NCBI GenBank assembly: GCA_964188305.1
Contig: OZ076890.1
Reading direction: 5' to 3' (one strand)
Source of the DNA: Podarcis bocagei
Taxonomy: Eukaryota
DNA: 64,000 bases
The notes below the pieces were generated by a model, which searched no databases, was not told the DNA's origin, and worked only from the letters and a program-made list of their open reading frames with translations. The number at the start of each line of letters is the position of its first letter. The stretch's first letter is position 1. A program made the position numbers and the translations under genes. This document shows positions 1-12,991 of the stretch, one piece after another.

Positions 1-883
1 TGGATCAGGCTGTATTATTCCAACTTTAAAAGAGTACTACCTTCTGCTTTTCATTGTGCTTGAATAACTCAGCCACATGATCTTCTGAATGCTCTGAAGC
101 AGGGGTGAGGTATCTGTGGCCTCCATATGTCAATGGAATATCATCAGCTCAAGCCAACATGTCCAATGGTCAATCCAACAATGTCTGGAGGGAGGACTAA
201 AAATTTCCTGCTCTGTTTTAGAGAACTATAGGTGCCACTTCAGATGTTTTGAATTAGTAAAATGACAGCAAATATGAATCTGCTTCCATCTTCTAATAAC
301 TCGCTTTGGAGGAGGACTTGATATTTTGTATAATATCATATTTGCCTTTAAATTATTTATGTTTCTCAGGGCAAAATACATCAGACTAAACTATTTTATC
401 TGCACGATAACCTTGAGTGAAATAGGCTGAAATACGGATTTGTCAAAGACCACTAAGTTAACATTAGAGCTGAGCAAGGATTCAATCCCACAAGAACATA
501 AGAAGAGCCCTACTAGATTAGACCGAAGCCTACCTAGTTCAACATCCTGTTTCCCACAGTAGTCTGCCAGATGCTCAAGGGAAGCCCATTGGCAGGATGT
601 GAACCCAGTAAATAGCCTATTGCTGCTGAGTATCCAGCAACTGATACTCAGAGACTTGCTACCTCTGAACCTCTGAAAGCCATGCTCTCCATGCATTTTC
701 TAATCAAGGTCTCCCAAATTAAATCCAACAGTGATACTACACTACTTGATTATATTTATGATTAGGTAGACAGTCCAAAAATGCCGTTAAAACAGAGTAT
801 GCCGCACATTATTTGAATACACATTCTAAAATCCTGAACTCTCGGATTTTCCTTTTTTAAGAGACTATCCTTTACTCCAACAG

Positions 884-958
884 TTACCAGCAAATTGCTT
901 CCAGTTCCCACCACAACTAAGATTTCTCACACTGTCGGACATCCAGGGGCAACAATGG
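884..958 (+). CDS. ABI3BP: ABI3BP mucin-like region exon (75 nt, phase 1-1): (V)TSKLLPVPTTTKISHTVGHPGATM
   Basis: tttactccaacag acceptor, G|gtaat donor, 75 nt open frame, P/T-rich like the neighbouring exons. Confidence 0.7.
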
Positions 959-2675
959 GTAATATATTTTACTTCAGCTAATTGTCACTATCCAGCTGGT
1001 TCTTTTAATTTCTTCTCATTACTACAAGGAACCTTTCATTTACTACAAGTGCATTTTCTACCACAATTTCATCTTTAGAATTTTGCTAGCCTTTCAAATT
1101 TTAGGGTTAGTCTACCATAACATCCACCTTAGACATTGCTGCTGCTGCTGCTGCTGTTTTAGGAGAGTAGTTCCCATGTACAGTATGTGAAACATACCCT
1201 ATCCTACTAGCCCCGTATTTTCTGCAAAAATCTTCAAGATCCTTTTCTTGCATGGGTGAAACTCTTGACCACTAACACATGAGAAACCAAGCCTATGACA
1301 TGGATGCTACAGTTGCCACATATTGCAGACATTTGTGGCATACCAAGACTGAAGCAACAGGGATCATGAGCATGGCTTTGACAGAGTCAGGTCTATACGT
1401 CTGCCTGTCTCTTCTGCAAAGCTGCCAACTCCTCAGGTCAATAGACTGCTGACAAAAAACAACAACAAAAAACCACACCAAAACCCAGTGCTCCTATATG
1501 ATGTACCATAGTGCTATCAGTATCTCAGACTTGAGACAGAATCTATTGCAACACTTTGCCTTCCCACAAAACAACAAACACATTTATTTATTTTTTGGCC
1601 CACTTTGCACTAAAGCGTGTCATAGGAACTCCTGCTGAGTATAGAATAATTCAAACCAATGCACTGGAGTGGAATGTCATATCCTATTAAGCAAAGCTTG
1701 ACAGTTTAACTTGGTTTCACTGCTAGGAATTACCGTAGACACATCTAGTTAGCATCTGAATCCCCTCAGCTCCAGTCTTCCTCCAAACTGCCAAATCCTC
1801 CAGCCTGTCAGCTTTTATCATACTTCCACAGTCATTGCCAGCAAAAGTATTTGGTAACCCAGCTGTGAAAATTTGTAAACTCTATACATTAAATTAATTT
1901 TAATCTCAAAATAAATAGCGCAAGTACACTTAGTCTGATTGCCCTTTTGTTTTACCATTAAATCCATAAGGAATCTTTTAGGAATATTTTTGTTTAAAAT
2001 GTTTAACTGACACAAAACCGTCATATAAAACCCTCCAGAATCAAATAAACTTTCATAATTAGGTTTGAATGTTGATGGTTTGAATCAACTGGTTATTCAA
2101 ACCAGACTGGCTCAGAAATTTCTGTGGAATCATGGTTAAATAGATGATGCGCCTGAGAAGGTACAAGCAGACTCTGTAATATATTGAGTTCCGATGTTTT
2201 AAAATAAATCATACCAGATAATCAAGGGGAGTAGTTCCTCTGAATGGTGGAGTCCTGCTCAGGGAAAAGAGTTTGTAAAAGGCACCATTTTGCTGTGGCT
2301 CAGCAAAAAATTAAAGCTGAAATAATGCATCTTAAAAAAAAAGGTGCTTGTATGTTGGATATAACAGGACAGACTTCATATAGAAAAATGTCTCCTTTTG
2401 AGCATGAACAGTAGGAGTGCTTCCATCCTTGTGGATTACACTTGAGAGTTCTGGAGAGATGAAAGGTAGGAGATATTGAATGTTGGCTCGGTGCATCACA
2501 AGAACATGTCGAGTAAGAGAGCAAGCCCCACTGAAGGCAGCAAACTTACTTCTGAGTAAACATGCAAAGGAATGCACCATCAATCTTTAAGAAAAATGTC
2601 ATCTGAACCATATGATACAAACACATCCTTTGAGTTGGCATGCACTTGAATTATTTACCGATGTTTTTTCCCCAG

Positions 2676-2744
2676 CTGTAACTGAAGCAGATCAGTTTCC
2701 TTTTAAACCATCCACAGCACCAGAACCCTCATTTACTAAATCTG
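2676..2744 (+). CDS. ABI3BP: ABI3BP exon (69 nt): AVTEADQFPFKPSTAPEPSFTKS
   Basis: ttttttccccag acceptor, G|gtaatt donor, phase 1-1, fits the repeat-exon family. Confidence 0.8.
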
Positions 2745-3854
2745 GTAATTATGTGTTTTTACAAATGGGCTTAATGAAACCTTCTGTGATGTCATTGCTG
2801 GTAGGGATTTTGTTGGTGCTACTCGTGTAGGCATTCCTTGTTCAAGCATAGTCCCCGAATAGGGCTCTGGTGGTATGACTGCAAATATACTGCAGGTGCC
2901 ATCTTGATTGGTCACTAGACTGTTTCCTGTCTAGACTCCCAGCAATCTAGATCTCAGCATTTTGGCACTTTGGATTGTTAGATTGTGAGCAATTGATCCT
3001 GCCTGCTGGGCTGACGGTCTGAAACAATCACCAACATGGCCTCTGGTTAACAGTTTGACTATTCAACTGTTTTAACATTTCCAGATGTTCTTGAAGAATG
3101 TGAATGGGAGGTCTGATTGAATAACAGAGCAAATCAATTACAAATAAAAATATAATAGGCAGTAACTGCCTCTCAGAGAGGTACATTTCAAAACGAGGTT
3201 GCATAAGGCATTTGATTGTATGTATGTATGTATGTAAAATATCGCTCTAGTCCGCCTTTCCCAGTGTCAGAAAAGTATTTTGAAAACTAATACAATAAAT
3301 AATCCATTAAAATTCTATGACTGCAAAAACAGAATGATAACCGAAATAATAGCAACATCCATCCATCCACCTATCCCCAAGCCTTCACAAACAGGGTAGT
3401 CCTTACAGAAGCAAGTGAAACAGGAGTGGTTAACTGTTTTCAGGATGAAGGGCACTTTGACCCATGGACAACCTTCCACATCCTGCATAGCAAGGTGGGA
3501 ATGACGAAGATGGGAAACCACTTTCCCCCCATATATTTTTTTTAAATTGTAAACAAAACACCACAGAATTATTAGACCCTAACAGAAATCTCTTGGTTGA
3601 CCATACATGAGCCACAGATTAGCCACCCCCGACCTAAAGATTAAGAGGCAGAAATGTACTTCCAGATTGTGGATCTTCAGTAATATTTTCTTGCGTGTAT
3701 GTTTTCCACTGTTAACTCGCTTGATTCTAAGATTTTGTATCAAACTCTCACTTTAAAATAGCCGTATAGCCTTATGTTTATAGGGTAATGCAATAGTTAC
3801 ATTCATTCTGAAAGGTTTTCCTCATTTTAATCGTTACCTTTTTTTCTGGTGCAG

Positions 3855-3896
3855 TTTCGGAGCCTATTACATTTAGCAATGAACTTCCAATAGTAG
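3855..3896 (+). CDS. ABI3BP: ABI3BP exon (42 nt): VSEPITFSNELPIV
   Basis: polypyrimidine tract + gcag, G|gtaat donor; resembles the EPVTFRTE-type short repeat exons. Confidence 0.7.
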
Positions 3897-4414
3897 GTAA
3901 TGGTGTTTTCCTCGTGCACTGACTGGTCTTGTTCACTTTCTTTTCTCAGAAACCATTTGCATTTTCTCCTTCTGAAAGGTCATCTAACACCATCCTTCTC
4001 TCCCCCCCATTAAAATTCACCCTTTCTCTAGGTATGTTGATCACTTAGCACATTTGTAACCATTTTCATTTCCACCCCACAGAATTACTTTTTCTTTCCT
4101 CGCACAGTGATTCTGTCACCTTTTGAAAACAGCTGGAAGTAGCCACATTACACTGCAGTCAAGTCTTTCGTGTGTGATGCGCATTCCTTTTTTAAGCTAG
4201 GCTCCAGAAATGGCCACGAATCATATGAATCACTTTAACCAACCTTATACATGTATTATGGCAACTTTCCTTTCGAAAGTCTCTTGTGTTGTCTGCCTTG
4301 GTACACTTCTTTCCCACAGCATGATTTTGTTTCATCACCTTCACCTTCGCATCTGAAAAGCCAGAGCCAAACATATTGGTCTTTAACAGCTCCTAACCAA
4401 GTTTTCTCTTTCAG

Positions 4415-4486
4415 CTCCAGAAGTCAAGCATCGTGTTTCAAGTCCTAAGACAACCATTGGCCCTCATGTGCTGCATACTAAACCTG
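4415..4486 (+). CDS. ABI3BP: ABI3BP exon (72 nt): APEVKHRVSSPKTTIGPHVLHTKP
   Basis: ttttctctttcag acceptor, G|gtaat donor, ends in TKP like its sister exons. Confidence 0.82.
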
Positions 4487-4542
4487 GTAATTTTCCTCAG
4501 TTGTCACATTTAAAATGGTCTGTGTATGCATCTCAGTAACAT

Positions 4543-6359
4543 TGCATGGGTGTAGTTGCCTTTGGTAATACATGAATACACCCCATTCAGTTTAAAGGAA
4601 ATTTTGCAACCAAAATGAAGTGCAGGATTTCATTCTAAGCCCATAATGGCTTGCATTCAGTGGTGCCCTAGCAAGAGCAGAAGGGGCAGTTTCAGACCCT
4701 CTCCTTCACATTGCATCAAACACCAGTCCAGAGGGTCCTCTGAGGGCTGCAGGTGCTTTTGTGGAAAGAGAAAGTTGGGAATGACGCTTTCTGCAAATGG
4801 AACTCTTTTTACAGTTCTTTGGATCTAAGACATTGATAGTAATTGCGTGGACAGGCGGAGTCCCCAGATCCTGCACGGTCCCCCCGTCATGTGGAATAAC
4901 GACTCAAGACAACGTGCTATGGGATTAAATTGGCTACAACTTTATTAAATTTCAAATGTGGGTAGACCTTGGCTCAGGCATTGGGCGTTCTCCCTCCCCG
5001 GTCCCCAGCCGGGGACCTAGGGAGCATCAGGGTTATCCAGTGTGGGGGGGGATGGGCCGGCTCTGGAGAACATATGTTCAAGCAGAGATGGCCGCCCCCG
5101 TAACGCCGCCGCCGCAGGAGAGAGCAATGACGACCTTTCGGTGTACGGCCAAAGCCTCCCTTCAGAAAACCCCTTTAACGGGGAACCCTGGTATTGCCGC
5201 CGCAAGAGGAAGATGGACAAAAGGATTCCGCCCAAGGCCTGATACCACCAAAGTTGTGATGTTTTGCTACGGGAAAGGCGAAACCTGCCAATGCAGGGAA
5301 ATTCCTTTCTGGCCCTTTAACAGCGACCTTAATGTAGCAGCGCCCGCATACCTGTGAAGAAAAGTTAACCTGCAAAACCTGTGAAGAAAAGTTAACCTGC
5401 AAAATATGACATTAACTGAGGGTGGGTAGGGTGGGAGAAGCTCTGGAGCCAAGTGAGGATTCCTAGGTAAGATCCTCCCTCTATTGTGTGGGCAGGTAAT
5501 CCCTCCCCTACCTGGCCTGGTCTCCTTGGCAACGCTTCCCCCAGGTGGGATTGGACAACTGACTGAGGTAGGCGGAGACCTCCAGGTATCACACCTGAGG
5601 GAAGGCAAAGCCAAGCCTATGCTGTTGGGGCCGCTCCAGACCTAGGGGCTGCACGCGTCCACGCAAAGGGCGCCCCCCGTTTTAAGCGGGGAGCGGTCAT
5701 TATATAATTATCTCGTTTTGGGGTGCTTGAGCATTTTGTTTGGTCTACATTTTTAAGCAAACTGATTTGATCTGCACTTCCAGGACTAATATTATCTTTA
5801 CACAGAATATAGTTAAATGTTTCATTCTCACACACTTCTCCGAATTTTGCAATAACAGTTCTTTGCTCAAAAAATTACCAAAACGCACATATAAAAGCAT
5901 GTTTTAAGTTAAAATGCATACAAAGGTTGAGGAAGAAATAGAATGATTCCTCCATCCTTAGCATTATTATAAAACCAGGCCTCTTACAAGTATGTTGTCA
6001 AGATAGCCTCTTGTTACCCACCCCACAATTGCCATTTCACATCTCCGTGCATAATCATCACTGTTGATGTCTGACCACTTTCCTTCCTTTCCTCACTTTG
6101 CTCATTAGCATGACATCTAGATTATCCTTTGATTTGATACAATTTTGGAAAGAAAATTATTAAGAATACATGCATGGGTGTAGTTGCCTTTGGTAATACA
6201 TGAATACACCCCATTCAGTTTAAAGGAAATTTTGCAACCAAAATGAAGTGCAGGATTTCATTCTAAGCCCATAATGGCTCGCATTCAGTGGTGCCCTAGC
6301 AAGAGCAGAAGGGGCAGTTTCAGACCCTCTCCTTCACATTGCATCAAACACCAGTCCAG
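4543..6359 (+). repeat. 189-bp direct repeat pair (4543-4731 and 6171-6359)
   Basis: the two copies match base for base except one substitution (ggcttgc vs ggctcgc). Confidence 0.9.
4844..5704 (-). mobile_element. probable solo LTR (ERV/LTR retroelement)
   Basis: abrupt GC/CpG-rich ~860-bp block in an AT-rich intron; minus-strand AATAAA at 4941-4946, about 100 nt from an end reading ...CGCA; candidate 4-bp TSD TAAT (4840-4843/5705-5708); internal 27-bp tandem duplication 5350-5403. Confidence 0.5.
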
Positions 6360-6608
6360 TGTTTGGCACATAGATTAATAAGTATTGATTTATCTTTAGT
6401 AAAATTTAATAATTCTTCTGATCTACCAGCAGACATTAGTAATATTGTTTTCAGTGTAAATTAAGATTTTTTTCATATTTTATTTTATACGTTTACTCCT
6501 TGTTATGTTTTACTATTTTTGTTTGTCATTGTTCTGATGATTTTGTTCGTCACTTTGGCAAGAAGCATCATTTATTATATATAAAAGTTTTGTTTTGTTT
6601 TTGTATAG

Positions 6609-6656
6609 ATATGAAACCTGTTGCACATAGAACTGAGCCACCCAAGTCTGAACTAG
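6609..6656 (+). CDS. ABI3BP: ABI3BP exon (48 nt): DMKPVAHRTEPPKSEL
   Basis: T-rich tract + tag, G|gtaat donor; paralogous to 9884-9931. Confidence 0.82.
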
Positions 6657-6909
6657 GTAATGATGCTTCACTGAAGATTACATTCTTCTGTTTTTTATTT
6701 TGATTTTTTTATTGTTGATGTATGCCACTCTGAGTACACTATCAACAGAATATAAAAATATGTAAACATTAAGTAAAACCAAGTGGTATTATAGGAAATG
6801 CATTTTATTTTCTGAAATGCACATGTGTCTTGTTCTTATCTCATATGTGACTCAGACAAGACAAGCCTAATCTCAGATCCACCCCACCCCCCTGTTTTGT
6901 TTCCAACAG

Positions 6910-6981
6910 TACCATTTATTACGGACTTGGACTCAATTAACCTCCATATTCATGTTTTCAATGGTCCCAAAGCTACTCCGG
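6910..6981 (+). CDS. ABI3BP: ABI3BP exon (72 nt): VPFITDLDSINLHIHVFNGPKATP
   Basis: ttttgtttccaacag acceptor, G|gtaat donor; paralog of 26338-26409. Confidence 0.78.
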
Positions 6982-7267
6982 GTAATGGATTATTTACTTC
7001 CTTGAAAAGTATATTTTATCTGTTTATCCTTCTTACAACTTTATGAAACACTAATTGCACTTTGATTCTTCTGCTTGTCATGACTTCCAAACCATTTCTT
7101 TGCTGTTCCATCAAAGAACAACCACCCCCCCAAAAAATCTTCTTCATAAGAAGATTGCCATCAAACACAGCTTCCACACTTCTCTATACTTTTTGGTCAA
7201 ACTTCATTCTATTCGATTTGAAGAAGGCACTGTGTACACTTAGTAAGTTCAAATGTTTTGATTTTCA

Positions 7268-7327
7268 TTTCATCCAAGCTCTTCAGTGGTGTAACAACAA
7301 GAACAGAAGGTCCAAATTTGAAAGCTC
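7268..7327 (+). pseudogene. degenerate (pseudo)exon paralogous to ABI3BP exon 26907-26963
   Basis: aligns to 26907-26963 (SSKLFSGVTTRTEGPNLKA vs SSKPFRGVTATESPHLKT), but the acceptor AG position reads CA and the donor G|gt reads C|gc. Confidence 0.65.
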
Positions 7328-7354
7328 GCAATTTTTTATTAATTTTTTATTAAT

Positions 7355-7710
7355 GGGACGCGGGTGGCGCTGTGGGTTAAACCACAGAGCCTAGGACTTG
7401 CCGATCAGAAGGTCGGTGGTTCAAATCCCCGCGACGGGGTGAGCTCCCGTGCTCAGTCCCAGCTCCTGCCCACCTAGCAGTTCGAAAGCACATCAAAGTG
7501 CAAGTAGATAAATAGGTACCGCTCCAGCGGGAACATAAACAGCGTTTCTGTGCGCTGTTCTGGTTCGCCAGAAGCGGCTTAGTCATGCAGGCCACATGAC
7601 CTGGAAGCTGTACACCGGCTCCCTCGGCCAATAAAGCGAGATGAGCACCGCAACCCCAGAGTAGGACACGACTGGACCTAATGGTCAGGGGTCCCTTTAC
7701 CTTTACCTTT
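7355..7710 (+). mobile_element. Sauria-type SINE, full length
   Basis: gggacgcgggtggcgctgtgggtt tRNA-like head, ggttcaaatccc B box, (accttt)n tail; AT-rich TSD-like flanks. Confidence 0.88.
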
Positions 7711-8807
7711 AATTTTATTAATGTGTTGCTGATTCACTTGAATTTATCCAGTATTTTGAGTGTTTGTTAAGCAGCTCCTTTTGCATTCATTTTGTGTTCA
7801 TATCCTAATAGTATATATAACTACTCTCAGTTTTACTTTTATGTAAGAGTATTTGTTATCTTTCCTTCATCACAATGCAATACCAGGGCAGAGCAGGAAA
7901 ATAAGAAAATCACATCAATAGCAGTCATCAACAAAAATCCAGAACTCATCCTATAGATAGAAGTGGAACCACTGACTCACCATGCCTCCAACTCTTGAAC
8001 TGCAGTCAGTCTAGCAGTACAACGGTTGAGAGATTAATAAACAACAGTGTCCTACTTGTCTCTCTCCAAATCCATCTGATCATATAACTGAGTGACCCAA
8101 ATCTGTTTCATTCACAAAGCTAGACTTAAAGTGAGACTGTAATGGGTCCAGATAAACCACTTCTTCCAATAGCGCCTGAAGTTAAGCAGCTACCACCTTC
8201 CCTAAGAAGGAAACATTTGCAATTGGGGGATTTGCCACAAACCTCTTGATCCACGAGGGCTTCTTAATTAGTGGTCAAGCCATCACACTCTTGCAGTGCA
8301 CCACTCATTTAAGGATGCTTTCAGCATTCCCTGGAACCATCCTTTCAACCCCTTCTGGCTGTGTTGTATCAGTCAAGCTTTGTGCCATTGCTCACAAATT
8401 TCCAAGGATCTTATCTGCCTTCTCCAGCCATAAAACCTGAAACTGATCCAATGACACCTGAGCAGATGGCGCACTTCTCTAATCCTGCCCCTGATTCAAG
8501 ACCTAGTCATGGAGCTTTGCCAAATCAAAGAAGTTTGGGTCTCTCTGGATCAATATTTGTGTGTTTAAATGTCTGTCAAGTTTCCAAGGGGAGCCAGCCT
8601 GTTGTATCCATTCTTATAATCTGCGCCTAAAGTCAAAACATGCTTTTTAAAAATTCCTTTGCATGTCTCTCCTTTATCCTTCTTCATTATCTTTAGTAGG
8701 AAGTAAGACAGAGGCATGTTGTACCCACATTCATTGCATCTGATCTCACACTGAGATTTCTGAACAATGTACCAATTTATAACTTGCATGCTCTATTTTG
8801 TTTCCAG

Positions 8808-8876
8808 AAGAAAGAGACCCTGTGCCTTCCAGACCAAAAACTTGGCTCAGCCCTGATGTGCCCCAGACCAAGCCTG
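8808..8876 (+). CDS. ABI3BP: ABI3BP exon (69 nt): EERDPVPSRPKTWLSPDVPQTKP
   Basis: ttttgtttccag acceptor, G|gtaaa donor, PQTKP end. Confidence 0.85.
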
Positions 8877-9309
8877 GTAAATTCATCTTTGTTTTGTATG
8901 AATTCATTCATCAGTATAGCTTTTTATCTATTTTGGCACAGCCTGGAATACTTCATTCTTTTTCCTAAAAATGCAGTCAAGTATTCTAAGGGGGCAGAAC
9001 AGGGTGCTTGCAGGCTTTTATACGTGATTTCACTGACACATGCGGTGCCTCAGAATGTAACCCTTGCATAAACGGGGGGGGGCACTGCCTGTACTTATTT
9101 CATTTTTAGAACCCTCTTCCTCCCAACTGCTAGGCGCTAGGACACACCCCACATGGTGCAGTCTAGAGAAACCGCACAGAATTACAGTGCAGCTAGCAAA
9201 ATAGAAAGAAGCATGAGTACTGTGGTCTACTGGAAATCCACTTCTCTCTCTTCTTAAGGAAAACAGCCTCTGTAGTAGCTGCACTTGGAACTTCATCCTT
9301 GGGAAAATA

Positions 9310-9622
9310 GTAAAGGCAAAGGGACCCCTGACCGTTAGGTCCAGTCGCAGATGACTGCGGCACTCATCTCGCTTTATTGGCTGAGGGAGCCGCCGTACAG
9401 CTTCTGGGTCACGTGGCCAGAATGACTAAGCCGCTTCTGGCAAACCAGAGCAGTGCACGGAAATGCCGTTTACCTTCCCACTGCATACTTTCAAACTGCT
9501 AGGTTGGCAGGAGCAGGGACCGAGCAACGGGAGCTCACCCCATCACAGGGATTTGAACCGCCGACCTTCTGATCAGCAAGTCCTAGGCTCTGTAGTTTAA
9601 CCCACAGTGCCACCTGCATCCC
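9310..9622 (-). mobile_element. Sauria-type SINE
   Basis: reverse complement of the 7355-7710 family. Confidence 0.85.
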
Positions 9623-9883
9623 ATGCAGGGAAAACAGTAAGAAAACACAAAATAATGTACATTCATTGCCACTACACTGGAAATACTTCCACTTAGAGTT
9701 ATCAGAGGACAAACTTGTACCCACTTGAAGTTGTAACTTGAAGTTAATAAAAATAAAGTGCATTAAATGAGTGCTAGCTGCAAATGAAGCAAAGCTGTGT
9801 TTTTTCATGTTATGCTTATAATGACTTGTAAGCTTATTATTGAATACATGCCTTTTTAATTACTAATGTTATTGATGATGCAG

Positions 9884-9931
9884 ACATGGAAGCAGTTACT
9901 TTTAGAACTGAACAACCAAAGTCAACAATGG
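9884..9931 (+). CDS. ABI3BP: ABI3BP exon (48 nt): DMEAVTFRTEQPKSTM
   Basis: gcag acceptor, G|gtaaa donor, VTFRTE motif typical of ABI3BP repeats. Confidence 0.85.
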
Positions 9932-11089
9932 GTAAAACATTTTAATCATGGATGATCATATTTGCTTGCCTTCATAATTTCCAATAGAATTTCAAATCCT
10001 TTCTGTACCATACTGTACTTTCTTGTTCATCATTTCACCTTGACATTCAGCTTTCTTAGCTGTTAGTGTCTCTTCCATAACATTACTAAAATCACCATGC
10101 TGCACTGGGCCTAGAAAAGGATGACATTGCACTGAAACCCCACATCTTTTAAAATTGGACTCCTAAAAGATTTAGGGGACGGGGTCTTGCAGAGTATATG
10201 TTCACAAGAAATCACAGCAACTCGAACCCAGAGATGCTCTTTGGCTGGCAAAAATCTTCCTCTGCTCTTTCTGACCTACCATAAGAGTGTTGTTTGAGCA
10301 AAGTGACCGAAATATAATGAAGCCACTGCAGCTGCAGAAGACAGTTGCCCTCTTCAGACGTTCTATATTTGTGTTAAGTACACATGCAAGAGGAATACCC
10401 AAGCTCCACTCCCCATCCGGATAAAGCCATTCCTGTCGCTCTCCATGAGTTGGAGGGCAAGCTTCACAAGTGGAGGTTCCCCAGGCATTTTATTGCTCTG
10501 GGAAGTCACAGCTTCAAAATATGAAGAGAGATTGCAGGAGCATAGGAGGCTACTCCCTTAAGAAGATCTCCCTCAGCTGAAACGGTGATAGGGCTTGAAA
10601 CGGTGATAGGTGATCTAACCCCCTGCCCCATCCAGCCTTGCGTGTTCACTTACGATTGAGTATAGAATGCCTAAAGAGGTCCTTTGCACAAATACTTTTC
10701 AAGACCTATTAATGGCCCACTAGAGCCTATATGCTACAGCCTGAGACAAAACAAGATGTGATGAAAAATACCACTGAGGTACTGGAAGCCTGTTATATGA
10801 GATCATGTTGATTTGGTTTCAACTGCCTCATATTATTTTTCATTCTGTATTTTAGAGTTAGACTTCAAATCTCTCTGAACTGCTAATTTCATCAGTGACT
10901 TTATGCCTTCATTTATATCACCCATCTTCATTCAGCATGCACACTCTAATTATCACTGGTGGCTTATTATTTGTTGTTACTTCTTATGCATATGTTTTGT
11001 AGAAGTGATGCTTGTGGGCATCCGCTCCTACTTGCATTTGGCAGCCCTGTGGTATTGTAGTAAAATGGCTCATGTTCAATTCCTTTTAG

Positions 11090-11164
11090 TTCCTAAAGAA
11101 ACTCGCCGTGCCCCTGCCAAACCAAGAACATCTCCCAGCCCTGGTTTAACAACAACCAAGCCTA
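11090..11164 (+). CDS. ABI3BP: ABI3BP exon (75 nt): VPKETRRAPAKPRTSPSPGLTTTKP
   Basis: ttccttttag acceptor, A|gtaagt donor. Confidence 0.88.
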
Positions 11165-11290
11165 GTAAGTGGTTCATTATTTTGAGTTTCTGCTCAGTTA
11201 TATTCAGTATGTGATTACTACTAAGAACTATTTAACATATAGAGGTGCTTCATGAATATCTACTCAGGGAATAGTCTTCAAAATAAATGC

Positions 11291-11342
<52 letters not shown>

Positions 11343-11870
11343 TTTATTTGTACCCCGCCCTCCCCGGCTGGAGCTGGGTTCAGGGCGGCTAACATCATAA
11401 AACTAAAACAGTATACAAAGAACATAAAAACAGGCAATAAATTAAAATACATCTTAAAATTAGTTCAGAGCAAATTAAAATCTGGACAGATGGCAGTCCA
11501 CGGGTAAAATTGAGAGTGGTTAATATTCTCCAGGGCCAACTGTTACCACTGGTCTTATAAAGGACTTGTGAGCAGGCTAGGAGGCTTTTTTAATGCTTGT
11601 TCTTACACAGAAAGGAAAGAATCAGACTGAACCCCAACCAAAGGTCTGGTGGAACAGCTCCGTCTTGCAGACCCTGCAGAAAGATGTCAAATCCCGCAGG
11701 GCCCTGGTCTCTTGTGAGAGAACATTTCACCAGGCTGGGGTCATGGCCAAAAAGGCCTGGCTCTGGTCTAGGCCAGTCTAATCTCCCTGGGGCCTGGGAT
11801 CTTCAGGGTGTTATTATTTGCAGACCTTAAGGTCCTCCGTGGGGCATACCAGGAGAGGTGGTCCCCGATC
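11291..11870 (-). mobile_element. LINE (L2-like) 3' fragment with (AAT)n tail
   Basis: (aat)n at 11291-11340 followed by an aatttatttgtaccccgccct... segment and a gagagaacatttcacc motif shared with copies at ~32100-32340 and 37200-37570. Confidence 0.55.
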
Positions 11871-12991
11871 ACTGAAATTTACTAGCATCTTAAAATACAG
11901 GGGAAATCTGTTTAAATTTTGTTTTTTATTCCTTTTACTTTCTTGCCAAATGGGACTTTCTCCTACCCCATACATAAAAATACCATATATACACCAAATA
12001 TATACACAGGTGAACACCTTTCCCCATAACAGTCCTGCTTGTACCTTGAAATCTCCTAGAGTGGCCCTTTTAGCGATACCCTCTGTACATGAGGTCAGAT
12101 GATGTATTAGTTTGCCAGAAGGCCTTCCTGGTAACAGCATCCCGATTGTGGGACACCCTCCTTGCTTTGGTTCTCTTGAGGCTAACACTGTCCATCTTTT
12201 GGTGCCAACTGAAGACCTTCTGAATACGCAGACCTTCTGAATCTGAAGACCTTTGGTTCCCTTCTGAATACGTACATTGATATTCCTCACTGATACACAG
12301 TGATCACTGTATTTTTCTATTGTAATGGATTAGTTTGACGGTTTCAACTGTATCATATTTTATTGTATTCTATGTCGTTGTTAACGGCCCTGAGATCATC
12401 TATGATGAAGGGAGCAATATGGATTTTAAGAATAAAAATAAAAACTTTATAAAACAAAGAACAATTACAAAAACATTATAAAATATGTACATAAATAACA
12501 GCCATATACCTATATCTATGTTGAGTCTCTTAGCAGTTGGCATGCTCAACAGATAACACAATATCAAAGCACGGGATGAATCACTGCTTAGCAACCAGAA
12601 CAATGTTTCCCCTTTCTAAACACACTTTTAGCCAACTGAACAAGTCATTTATCTTGTACTGCCTTCTGTAAACAACATTTCCATACATAATGTGCTATGT
12701 CTTTTATTCCGCCCATGTAGCCATTTTCTACTTCTAAGAGTCAGTGGTATTCGACCCAACAATGCAAGTTGTTGTCTGGCTTAAGCGACTTGCAGTAACA
12801 ATTTGGATATTGGCCAAGTACAGATATAATGGGTTATATGGTGGCCATGCACAACTTATTTTATAATCAGGATATCATTCTGTATCTTGGTATCAATACA
12901 CATTTGATTGACTTCCAGCTTTTCTTTCTGTGTGGGAAGGCCTTTTGTAGAAATCTGTTGTTGTTTTTTTAATCTTCGGATTTTTTGATTA

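Noticed and set aside
370-392. acceptor-like gtttctcag
   Set aside because: the phase-1 frame hits TAA within 6 codons
4956-5835. several 60-130 aa ORFs in the GC-rich insertion
   Set aside because: expected by chance in GC-rich sequence; no domain motifs
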